64,000 nucleotides of DNA. It comes from Pocillopora damicornis. Lineage: Eukaryota. The notes below the pieces were generated by a model. That model did not search any database, was not told the origin of the DNA, and saw only the letters and a program-made list of their open reading frames with translations. Of the stretch, positions 26,241 to 38,102 are shown one piece after another. The stretch spans positions 434,001-498,000 of the forward strand of contig NW_020846942.1 in the NCBI RefSeq assembly GCF_003704095.1. Direction: 5' to 3'. The position numbers and the translations under genes are program-made. Position 1 is the first letter of the stretch. Each line of letters starts with the position of its first letter.

Positions 26241-27049
26241 GTATGCTCCAATCGATTCGAATCTCCACATTTTAATGTCGTGTTTAGTGATGCTTCGTTA
26301 CGATTGAAAATTTTAAGTAAACAGCTTAAGTGTTCAGTTATTGAACCATCAACGTTTACAATTCGTCAAATAATTAATTTCTCTTTCATTCTTTAATCAG
26401 AAATATGCTTACATCCGATCTGTTGACAAAATGTTTAGCCATTTTATTCTTGATCATTTGTAACAAAACATTTCGAAGTAAAATCGGTATCCCTGGACTA
26501 ATTGACTAGTGGATTACTGATCGTTCCTCGATGTGTCCGCATTCCTTTACTCAAATGTAAAATTATATCCCCAAATTGGTAAAAAGATTGGCTTCCCAGC
26601 CAACACGAAAAAAAGTAGTGACTCAAGTTCCCAGTTCTTCCCTTTTCATATCCCACTTCTAACTGTAACTCATATGGAACCCTCCGAGGATAATACTGAG
26701 AATAGCAAAACCACACCCTTATGCAGGCGCTTTCTCTTTCGCAAGTGATTCAGTGAGATATGACAAAATTACCGTTACATGCCGTCAAAGCGACAAACGC
26801 CGTTATTCATAGCATTTGTTACAATTCCTCCGAGGGCAGAATAGCGAGGATATAAACCAGACATTCCGCTGATCCCTATCAACTGTAAAGTTTCAATTCC
26901 AACGTTCCAGAATTTTTCAATATTTACAATGGACGGACCAATCAACGCAAGCTATGACGTATAAGATATCTTCGTGTTCTTCTCATTAGACTTGACAAGC
27001 ATCACGCAATGCCAATTAGAGCTGTCCGTTTCGGTCTAAAACCCGAAAA

Positions 27050-29621
27050 ATGTCTCCAAGTATCGACTACATTTTACAATATTTGAGTATAGCACTGCTG
27101 TACTTTGTGGGATTCTTAGGAGGCACTCACGTACTGGGCATCCTTACGCTTTACCAAATATTTTTTTATACACCCTTATGGCCGGTTGTACTTCTCTATT
27201 TATCATGGACGTATCTTGTTGAGTGGAAAACCCCAGAACGTGGCGGAAGAGACCTTTTGATAAACTTTGTACGAAGGCTCTCTGTTTTCAAGTACATGAG
27301 GGATTACTATCCTATTACCCTCGTCAAAACTTGCGACCTCGATCCACAGAAGAATTATATTTTTGGATATCATCCCCATGGAGCTTTTACCGAAGGAGCA
27401 TCGATAGGATTGAATACAGAAGCATGTGGATTTAGTGACAAGTTCCCCGGAATCATTCCACATCTGTCCGTGACATCAGGTACTCTAAATCAACTCGAAT
27501 CGCCATGTTATCGATCAGGTTTGGTTGACTTTTTACGATTGAAAATTTTAAGGAAACAGTCAAAAGTTTACAGTAATTTTACTATTACAGTTTGTGTTTC
27601 GTCTGGGAATTAATTTATCTTTCTTTCTACTTTCGGAAATATGCGTACAACTGATCTGTTGAAAAAATATTCAACCATTTAAATCTTGGTCACTTGTTAC
27701 AAAACATTTCGGTGTAAAATCTGTATTTCTGGACTTGTGAACTATTGGATCACGGATCGTACCTCGATTTCTTCATAATCCTTTAACTCAAATATTAAAA
27801 CACCTTTTCAAATCAATATTTCGTCAGCTTTTCAGTGAGTACAAAAAGTATGGGCTCAAATTCTCGGCCCATCCTTTTTTTTATATCCCGACTGTACCTA
27901 AAGTGAAACTCCTGACAGACACTAGGTGGCCAAACTACACCCTTGTAACCCTTATATAAGAGATACAGAAAGGCAAAAGAATATTTATCTCTAGTTTGCT
28001 GTTTTTCCGGAATTTTTTTGGTGCAGCAATCCTTAAAGCCTTGTTATACCGTGATATTCTGATGGCCCTTGGCGTAATCGATGTATCACGTCACAGCTTG
28101 GAATACAATCTGACGCAGAAGGGGGCGGGACACTCGGTTGTCATCGTTGTGGGAGGAGCAGCGGAGATTCGTGAAATGGGCTTTGACAGCTACGCACTGA
28201 TAATAAAACGGCGGAAAGGATTCATGAAACTGGCTTTGCAAACTGGGTGTGTATAAGACTTGGAGTTTCTTATCAGTTGGAAAGTCGTCTATTACCAAAG
28301 GTTTCATTGATTTACTATCACTGTAATTTCGATTATCAGTATTTCCAAAGCATCATTGTCCAGCCTATAACTTTATGGGATCCATCTTTTTCACGTCTTA
28401 TCTGATTTCACCAATAAGTAAATCTGACGACGACACGGATGGTTTATAAAAGCCTGACGCGAAATAGAAATTCGTACTTAGCTCAAACTCGTGGGGTAAA
28501 AAGGAAGTTTCTTGCCTCTTAGGAATTCGCAGAGACGTGAACCTTTTCTGAACTACGCTCCTTGATTTCCGTTATTCAGCATTTTTCAGCTTTTTATTTA
28601 TTCGCATATTTATTCATTTATTTTTAATCTTTACCATTAGTTTTTATCAATTTTTGAGAGGCACCCTCTGGATTGGTATTCCTGGTTGTAACTGTTCAGT
28701 TCTCCATCACTCAGAGTTTTGAGATGAATCGTAATCAGATGGAAATGATTATCATTTTCAGGTCCGATCTCGTCCCTGTCTTTGGGTTTGGACAAAATAA
28801 TATTTATCAAGTTATTGGCGGCAGTAGATCCTGTCAATTTTCACGATTTCAGCGTTGGTTCAGGTCTTTTACTTCTTGCTTAGGAACTTGCTTTCTTCCG
28901 AAACGATCTCCAATCAACGTTGTTGGTATGCAGAAATCTTGATGAGCACTTAATGACTGGCCACAAGGGAAACAGTGAGTTTTGTTTCCCTAAGACCTTC
29001 AATGTTCCCCGATGTGACGCCGAGGAGAAACTAAACTCACTATTTCCTATGGTGCCAGTGTGGTTTTTTTTATGCTTCAAAGCTCAAAAAATAGAACAAA
29101 TTGTAGAAGAGTGGCGCACAAACTTGCCCCGATTTCAAGGTGCATTTCCCCATCATGTTTGAGTCGAAAGTTTAAGTTATTTAAAGGGAGTTTGTGAGTT
29201 TTGACTCATGACACGTGATACGTTCTTCCCTCCAATTGGAAAGCGCTTTTAAGTTGGGAGGTGAAACAATACTTTTGATCTAGCTTGAAACTATTACGAC
29301 AGTCATTCGGTAGTCATAACTTCTACGTTTTTTCAAAAACTGTGGAAGGACCGTTAGTTCTTTCTGCCTTCATCATAATTGACATAAGTGGCATTTATAA
29401 GTTCAGTAGTTATTTGTTTTGAGGAGACGATCTATTCAGTACCGGTTTTAATTTTCTATTACACAGTGGGATCACCTGTTCCTGTGACCAAGATTGCCAA
29501 CCCAACACAGGAAGAGATAGACCAACTTCACGCGCAATATTTAGAAGCACTTACCGATCTGTACGAGAAAAATAAGGACAAGTATCATCCAACAGGGACT
29601 TCAGAGTTATTGATCATTTAG
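27050..29621 (+). CDS. DGAT2/MOGAT-family acyltransferase, copy C, about 322 aa
   Basis: Exons 27050-27479, 28027-28246, 28762-28925, 29467-29621. Motifs HPHG, VGGAAE, RRKGFMKLAL, LVPVFGFG, VVGSPVPV. Confidence 0.92.
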
Positions 29622-30492
29622 CTATGAAAGTAAGCCTCAAAAGTGTTGTTCCAGAATCAGTAAATCAAGTCTGTTTCGTTCTGTTTTTTTTCCGTTTTTA
29701 TCCTCTCACACAAAGACCTTGCCAGGCAAGTGTATGGTGACTACATTGAACAGAGAACAATTAAAACTGGCCGATTTTCTCACAGTTTCCTGGCTTTGCC
29801 TATTGTAAACCTCAACTTCACACTTGCATTTCATTGAGATAATCGCGGTAAATATTTCCGATGAATTTTAGATGGAGAGAGTTTAACAACTACGCTTGCA
29901 GCAGTTAGCAAGAATTTAACTCTTGTAGTGTGCCGCTTTCAGTCGTTTGTCGCATTAATTCGAAGATATTCTTTTGTGTACGAGGAGGTTACAAAGGTTG
30001 TGCTTCTTTAGCATAGAATTCGAATCAAGTTTAGCGAGAATGTATTTAGAAGTCTTTAATGAAGAGCTATTATAAGCTGATGATTTATTTGAAAAAATTA
30101 TTATTATGCTATCAGCATTGTCAATCTAAAGCGTTTGTATGCTGATCTCGAGCGTGAAATTAAACCCTTCTCAGCGCGAGTTTCATTAAAAGATCTCCAT
30201 TTCGCTTGTTTTCACTGACTTCTTTGTGTACATGTACCTAAACAGCCAGTCCACATTCGTGCGAACGAGATTTGAAGAATGCATAAAGAAGAATAGTTAA
30301 AAAAAGAATAATGTTGTATAGCGTTTCTCCCACATTATCAAAATTTCGAGTCTATACTAATAATCGCGATTTCAAACTAGAATAGGTTGCGCGGGTCGGT
30401 TGCGCGCCTGGAGAGCAGGAAAAAATGAGAGTGAGACTGGGGCGGAAAGCAAGTCGCGGTCGCATAGTTACGTTTTCAAACTTGAAACAAAG

Positions 30493-32622
30493 ATGGCGTC
30501 TGGAAATCCCTTGATAACACTAGAACGAATGCTTAATGGCAGGACAACGTTAAAAACACAGAAGGTGACACACACAAATATCGTGTGTAAGTATAGATAT
30601 TTCCTTTTCTGACATTATGCGTGAGTATGAAGTTTCCAACCAACTTAGTGATTTTGTTCTAGATTACTTGATCACTAATTTGGTTCTATTGATCAGCTGA
30701 GTTGATAATGTGAATAGTGGCTTCCGCAGAGAGAAAATAAAGCTGACGTTTCAGAGCGAGTAATTTATTAACACTACGACGAATGCGATATGCTAAATGA
30801 CAGGATGACAGCTCTGACAAAAGGCTAAAGCTCTAAATGTCAGCTTCATAATTTCTCGACGGCGTCCAATTCACATTGCGTTATTAACGCAGCTGATAGA
30901 AACAAACATCTGTTTCTTTTAGCGACAGTAGAGAAAGAAATTAAAGAATTTTTGAAAGGCTTCATTTGAGGGGAAAGCCTTCAGGCTGAAGGTTTGAATT
31001 ATCCATCATTTTCTTCTTCTTCAAGTGATACTGTTATTATAAACTAAATGACCCTGTATATTATTGTCGGTAGGCATTGGAACAGAACTTTTAAATGAAA
31101 TACAACAAGTTATGAGAGAAGATAAAGGAAAAGCTGTTCGAGAAGCTGTAAGTTAATATTAAGCACAGTCCACAGCACAGAGTGGGTTTCTGTAGAATCA
31201 TTTACTCGCACAGAGCAGCTTAGATGTTCCCTGTCCCTTCATATATATTTGTTTCTGTTGAAACTTAGAGATTTGTTGTTCCCTTAAAATGAGTGATATG
31301 CTTTTCTTCTAAAACAACTCACTAATATTAACCCTTTAATTCCAAGAGTGACCAGCATTTAATTTCTCCATACAGTATCACTCCTGAATTACACATTAAG
31401 ACCATGAGAGTAATGGAAATGATCAACAAGTACAGGAGCTCTTGATTGTTAAGCAAAATCTCCTTGTCAGCACCTTAGGAAATGTACAGAAAACCATATG
31501 GAGAATGTGCATACTGATCTTAGAGTGTAAAGGATTAAGGAATCACAATGTAGCTTTCCCAAATGCAATTAGAGGTGTCTTGACTGTTTAAACTTTTTTT
31601 TGCTCAACAAGGTTTGGCTATTCAGCCTTCCTGAGGATAAAATTACAGGATTCTTTCAAAAATCGTGCTAGACAGATTCAAAATAGCTAATCAAAAGTTA
31701 TGAAAAAAAAACCTCTCTGTCCTGGAAATTAGAGTATTTTTCAGAGTGTTTTTCTTGGTTAATTTTTTTCTAATCAAATTAGTACCTATTTCAATATATT
31801 TATTTATTTTAGTGTTGATTAAAAAAATTCGAATGTTCTGGATAAACAACAGGTTGCTGCAGCTGAAGCAAAAGCACATGCGGAATTGAAAAAAGCTCTC
31901 CAAGAGCAAAAAGAACAGATGGAGGGAGAGAGAGATCGTGCACTGGAGGAAGCTAGACTGGTAAATGACATTATCACATGTATGAGTCTCTCTCTAGCCA
32001 TATAATCTTTGGACAAACACTTTGTTGGGTGAAGGGAGGGGAACTGTTGAACAGCAAGGCTTATGGGTCGCAACATAAAGGTAGTTGCATATCCAATTAT
32101 TTAGGCAATATTTTTTTATGTAGACATCATGATCAACACTAAGTATCACTTTGAAAGGTTATAACTAAAAGTGTGCTTTAAAAACTTGATGATTTCTATC
32201 ACTGCTTTGAAAAAGTATACAGAAAGATTCAGCGCCACTTATTGCCTTCTAAGATTCCCAAGGCAAGAGCAACCTTACTGTTAGAGATGTCTTCAAATGT
32301 TCTAAAAATGTCCAATGTTATTTGGTGTCATTCTGCAACCACTGAGTGATGTAAAACTGTTAGATTATCTCTTTCAAAATCTATAGGTCATCATTAACAT
32401 AGTTGCCACTAAGTAATTTGGCATTATCAACTGTGTTGATAACTTAAATTGGCCACCATAAAGAGTTTAAGAGCTGACGTTGCAAGGGTTATCCCTTTGT
32501 CAATCGCTCTGATAAAGGACTAACACTCAAAATGTCAACTTTTTGACTCTTTACAGAGGCCAATTTGCATCATCAACTCAGTTGATAATAGTAGATTAAC
32601 CTGTTATTGACTCTCACTCTGA

Positions 32623-32659
<37 letters not shown>

Positions 32660-35600
32660 ATAGATGCCACTGAGTTTGGTGGTTATCACTGTATGAAGGA
32701 CAAGTTCTTCCTCCCAAGATCTAAGTATCAACTCTCTTTAATGTTTGCTATACAATTCTCTACAATTGTAGCTTTGAGAGTTTGGTGTTAAATGAAAAAA
32801 TATCTCCTTGATTTATATTTTTTTATCTTCTTTTCACCTTTCTCTTTAAAAAGTGTAGTGGACTATGAAAAGGAGAAATTTATCTCGGTCACTCCTGGTA
32901 TGATTAATTTGATTAATTTTTTTTTCAGCAAGCGGAGGAACAAATGGCAGAAATTAGGTACAGATGTGAGGTCGCAGAAAAAAAGCGGGCTCGCTCGGCG
33001 TTGGAAAGATTTCAAAAAGAAAAGAGTGATGCTTTGCAAAAAGCAGCTGAAGAAGCTGAGAAAAACAAACAGGAAGCTCTGAAAAATCTTACGGAGACGC
33101 TTGCAAGAAAGCTCAGAAACGAAGCAGCCCTTCAAAGAGAACTGGCTGTTGGTGAAGCACTTGCAGTTGCGAGGGTAATTTTAAACGTTTGCGTAAAGTT
33201 TATTTCCTCAGTATCTGTTCAAGGACTAGATGACAGTGTTTACAAATACTTTAACTTTTATTTTTCTCAAGAAAAATGCCGAGCGTCGTCGACAAGAATC
33301 AATCGAAGAAACAAAACTAGAATGCGAAAGAAAATCTGCAGCAGAAGCGTCAAGAGTTGCGCGGGTCCACCAGAACAAAGTGAATGAACTCAATCAAAGG
33401 TACAAACAACGTCATTTGATTTCGAAGTTCTTGGTTGAGTCTCTAAACGTTCCATCAGTTTCATTAAAGGAACACGTGACTGTGCTGTAGTGCCCCTGCT
33501 GACCTTTCAACTCTCAAAAACTGATTGTTAATTCTCCCCTCTAGCTGCTACACATTTTCTTGTAAAACAGTTGCGAGAATTTGGTGCTAGATCAAGAAAA
33601 CAACTTCTACGGGATCAGTTTGAGTATTCTCATTACCCATTTGCTGGTAAAATGTGCACGCTGTTAGAAGCTTGAGTTGAGTAAAATTCGTCTAAAAGCA
33701 AGCGGTGGGGGTGGGGAGAGGGGGTAGCGTTTACATATAGAAGATGAAAACAGAACAATAGGCCGTGTGTTTTTCTGTGGGGGAGGGGGGGGGCGCGGAA
33801 AGGGAAAGAGCGCGGGAGATGGGGTATATTGATTGGGTATTACGGAAGACGAACGAAATCGGGGACAAATATCATCTGTAGGTTGTCCTTCCGACTCTCC
33901 CACCATTTTTCGCCGCATCCTTTTTCGGCGGTCTTCATTGGCGGGCAACCTGAACTAAGCTGCATTTGATTTCGTTTGTAAGAAGCTCATGATATCTGCA
34001 CCAGGCGCTGCCCCGAAATAATGCGGGCTCTAATCCTGTGCTGCAATTTTTTTTCCAGGATTGATCAGTTGGAAAGAAATTTAGAAGCTGAAAACGACGC
34101 AAAACTCAAAGTAGAGAATTTGTTTCAAGTAAGTGTTAAGTACTGAGTGACGCGAAAAGTTTGCGGCAGTTTTATTTCGGTGGTTGTCAATGTTTTTTTT
34201 TGTTGTTTTACCGCAACGGATAATTTTTGGTTTGAGGTGACGAAAATTTCTGTGGAAAACTAATTTCAATTTGGGATTGGCAATTTAAGCTTCAAAACCT
34301 TAACAGGGATAAGAAAGCTAATATTCTTAAATTTTATAACATGTCGAGTTATGCAGAGGGATGATACCTGGTGGTTGATTCATCGATGAAAATTCTGAGT
34401 GGGTCCAAATACAAGAATCCGATTTGAAATTTGATTTGCAGGTGGAAGTTTTCTTTTAACTGCTGGTAGGAAATTTGGCGGCCTTCTTGCGGGTTTTAAT
34501 TTTGCGTGGTGCGGTTCGACGATGAAGCATGAAATCCGCAAAAATTTGAATTCGCAAAGTGTGAACTCATTTTTCGAAATACATTGATTAGCGTGTGATT
34601 CCAGACCAAATTTCATTACACTTTTAAATACCAATACTAATCGTTTCGCATTTTTATTAGACAATTTTTTAATAACAATTTCCAATTTTGAGAATTTTTG
34701 TTTGAGATGACTGAAGAGACATCTAGTTGTAAAATTTACTAAGTCGTAGACTTTTTAATACGCTTTTTAACGTTTCCAATCATTCTGTGAGTCGTGTCTA
34801 ATCGTTCGTCAGCTTCTTTAGTGGTAATGGGGCCAGTGATAGTCTTCACGCCTTCTCCATTTTACCTACATACTCGAAATCTACTGGAGCTTGCTCGACA
34901 CCCCGCTTTCTTTCGGGAAAAGTTTTCTTCTTAACACTTTTTAAAGGAAACGGATCTATACGTGATAAGAAAAACGAAAATTCATTTACGTGTTTTCATT
35001 CTTGAACCACGCATGCCTTTCCACTTTTCGCCTTTCTAGCGTACGGAGAAGCGCGTACGGAGAAGCGCGTACGGAGAAGCGCGTACGGAGAGGCACTTTT
35101 CTCTTGCAACATATCCAGCCACCAATAACAGCAAGATCCTAGTCTCTCTCGATAAGATTTTTCGAGTTCTTGCTTCAAATCTTTAAGGAAGCAAATTGGC
35201 TTATCTGCCATCAATTGAACTTGTGTTGCAAGCGAGTGAGAAGAATTTTGCAGGTCGTAACACATCACATATAGGCAACTTTATATCGTGACTAGCCGCC
35301 CTCAGACATGTAAAATACTTTCTACCTGTTACTTAACATTAACAATGCCGTGCTTTGTCTTATAGAGACCTTTGGCTCTTCAACTGCAGATGATAACTTT
35401 CAAATTCAGTATCAAGACTAAATTCATTTTATTTTGAAAAGTTTCAACCAGCTGTTAAAACATTTTGATGCGGTCAGTAAAAAAATTGTCAAAATTTCGT
35501 TTGTGATATGCAACAAGCTTCAAGAACCCGTTTACAGAGCAGAAAGGATGTAATTCATTTAGAATTGACAACTGTGGTTGCAGTTTTTTTTTCAGGCTGT

Positions 35601-35847
35601 GAAGTAAAGCTGAAATTTCGCGAAAAGAAACTCCAAAACAAAGCCCTCTTTATATTAACTCACAGTTCTTGAAGCAGATTAAATTTGAACGTAGTTGTTT
35701 ACACTGAAAGATTTATTAAATATAAATAAAAATACAAATTTTATCCTAAATGTTACACAATTCTTTTTCTGGCAGGAAATGAAAGAAGACTACAAGAGAT
35801 TTCAGAATTATACCAGAGGATTTCATTCGGACTTTCTTATGAAATAA
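30493..35847 (+). CDS. C6orf163-like coiled-coil protein, 7 exons, about 263 aa
   Basis: Exons 30493-30586, 31074-31147, 31853-31960, 32929-33174, 33272-33399, 34059-34128, 35776-35847 are phase-consistent. E/K/A-rich heptads. N-terminal THTNIVCIGTELL and C-terminal YKRFQNYTRGFHSDFLMK recall the C6orf163 termini (from memory). Confidence 0.75.
30690..30900. mobile_element. Degenerate palindromic retroposon remnant (same family)
   Basis: atcagctgagttgataatgtgaat..ggc...agctgacgtttc...gctctgacaaaaggctaaagctctaaatgtcagct...ccaattcacatt. Confidence 0.55.
32415..32660. mobile_element. Palindromic retroposon remnant (same family) with a degenerate 15-bp TSD
   Basis: Inverted arms plus tail gacgcagcaccacagtttctttagaaacttaccccc. 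Flanks tagttgccactaagt (32400-32414) and tagatgccactgagt (32661-32675). Confidence 0.65.
35039..35094. repeat. 14-bp minisatellite x4 (gcgtacggagaagc)
   Basis: Direct inspection. Confidence 0.9.
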
Positions 35848-36842
35848 CCAACGTATTTGTGCAGGATTATTTTAAAGGTGTTGGTAAATATTCAGAAGGC
35901 ACTCAGTACACAGTCATAACAAGCTCTAGAGGAGTTATTTGTACCCACGCACGATCTCCCAGAATCAAATAAGAGAATTTGTTTTGTTCACGGGGAAAAA
36001 ATCATTAATTCTCTCTTATTACGACGAAAGCATTATAAATGTTGCCAGAAAGCATTATTTATACATGAGAAATTACTGATAGTTTGATTTTAAATTTCTA
36101 TGTGGAAAAAAAGGTATGGAACATACAGAAGCCGTAATTCTCCTATAAACTAGTGGGTTTGGACGATCATAATTTATTTTTTTGCTCTTGACCAGAGTTG
36201 CTATTAATTTTGACTAGTCGAGCACTATTTCCAGATAAAAATTTCACCCCTTGCCAGCTAGTGGTATAATTAATTCCCAATTCGTTAATTTGCCATTTGC
36301 CATTTCAAACGTACGCAAAGAAAATGAATTGGCACGACTGTTCTTTAAATTAAAGATTGGGTTGAAAAAAAAAGAAAACAATCTTGCCTTAATCTTGATG
36401 GACAGATTTTCTAACCAGTCGGCAAAATCAATTTGTTCTCTATCCGGTTCAGGTAGATAACCTACTGGGCTTTGCCAAAACAAGACATTGTTTTGCATAC
36501 GGTTTACTCGCCATTAATGTACGCATTTTCAAAGTAATGAAACCACAAGAGTGAAATTCCCTGTGCGGTCGCAAACGGAGCATCAATTTGAACTCCTTTT
36601 GTACTTTTTCATGTCAGCCTAATGGAAGGTTTCAATTGGAAACGAAGAACGAACCAAAAACAATATTGCAATCGCTCAACTATGCGAGCGATCACTGATG
36701 GTGAAGATAAGTTTAAACGTTATAATTTATGCATTACACCTCAATGATAATAAAGTACTTTTTCATCGTAAATTCTTTAATAAATTCAATGCGTTATTTC
36801 CTGAAAGTCCCCTATATTTTGACGGCGCTAATTTCATTACTA

Positions 36843-38102
36843 CTATCTGTAGTACTTATTATGTCTTTGAGGGATTTCTTCACTGTTGTTCAATAGTGAA
36901 TCCAGTTCGCTTGCGGCTTCTGATGTTTCGCGATTTTCACGAGCCTCGTCCTTCTCCAACATGTTCTTGTAATAAAGAGTATTGAAATTCGATACAAATG
37001 TTAGGACGGGCAGTGCGAGAGTCACCGCGCCAAATATTGCACAAGCAGCCGACATAAGTTTTGCTAAAGGGCTGTGAGGTACCATGTCTCCATATCCTAT
37101 TGTTGTGATGGTTTGTATTGAGAACCAAAATGTTGCAGGTACACTATGAAAATCCGTCTTGTCACTTCCCACTTCGATATAATACAAAAGGCTAGCTGTA
37201 ACAATCACACTGAAAAACAGACACAGAATTAAAAGCCCTAATTCTCTGAAGCTCTCAAACACGCAATACCCAATTATCTGAAGACTCTTGGAATAACGGG
37301 AGAGCTTGAAGATTCTAAAAACTCGAACGATCCGTAATATTCGTAGCGCTGCCACTGAGCTTGCTTCGGACTTGGTGAGAAGAAGCGAAACATAGAACGG
37401 AGCGATGGCCACCAGGTCGATAATGTTCAAAATCGACGTAAAAAAACTGCACTTGTTCGGGGAAGTGAACAGCCGAACTAAATACTCGATTGTAAACCAA
37501 GTGTTGAAAGCTAATTCTAGAAGAAACCAGGTGTCTTCGCTCCAGACCGGCTCCTCTGCGGTGTCTGCAAAATTAGCGAAGTCGGCTTTCTTTTCTCTTA
37601 TCGAGGGTACAGTTTCTGCGATAGAGACTGCAATTGCCACGACGATAACGCTGACAGAAAATATGGCTAAACACGATGCCGCAAACGACGTGTCGGGTTG
37701 ATCAAAGAGTTCCCAAATTTTGCGCTGAAGTTTATTTTCAGGAAGTTCTCGTGGACTTTCGTTTATACTCAGATACCCTTCCTTTAGTCGAATGTCACTC
37801 AAAACTTCATCTCCCAGTTCGAAAAACTCAATTTCTTGCTTAAAAATACACATCGGGACTTCAGCCGGCCGCCTGAGTCGTCCACTGGACTGGTAATAAT
37901 AGAGGATTGCCTCAAAGGCCGATCGATTGCGGTTGAAGAAGTACTCTTTAAATTCCGGTACGTAAAACTTGCTTCGCTTCTCCTCGTTGCCCAGGAGCGT
38001 GTCTGGAAAACGTGATAACGTCGTCTGGCGCGTTTCAAATATCATGCCGCTTACGTTTATCACTACACGGTCGTCGTAGATAACGCTTCGTACAGAGCAC
38101 AT
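36843..38102 (-). CDS. Intronless Shaker/Kv1-family voltage-gated K+ channel subunit, probably a regulatory (silent) type, 419 aa
   Basis: T1 domain (RVVINVSGMIFET..TLSRFPDTLLG; YFFNRNRSAFEAILYYYQS), S4 LRILRIVRVFRIFKLSR, pore TITTIGYGD, S6 LALPVLTFVSNF. Confidence 0.95.
   Translation of the reverse strand: MCSVRSVIYDDRVVINVSGMIFETRQTTLSRFPDTLLGNEEKRSKFYVPEFKEYFFNRNRSAFEAILYYYQSSGRLRRPAEVPMCIFKQEIEFFELGDEVLSDIRLKEGYLSINESPRELPENKLQRKIWELFDQPDTSFAASCLAIFSVSVIVVAIAVSIAETVPSIREKKADFANFADTAEEPVWSEDTWFLLELAFNTWFTIEYLVRLFTSPNKCSFFTSILNIIDLVAIAPFYVSLLLTKSEASSVAALRILRIVRVFRIFKLSRYSKSLQIIGYCVFESFRELGLLILCLFFSVIVTASLLYYIEVGSDKTDFHSVPATFWFSIQTITTIGYGDMVPHSPLAKLMSAACAIFGAVTLALPVLTFVSNFNTLYYKNMLEKDEARENRETSEAASELDSLLNNSEEIPQRHNKYYR

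Noticed and set aside
35039-35094. Regular short repeats as a CRISPR-like array
   Set aside because: Head-to-tail 14-mers with no spacers; an intronic minisatellite.
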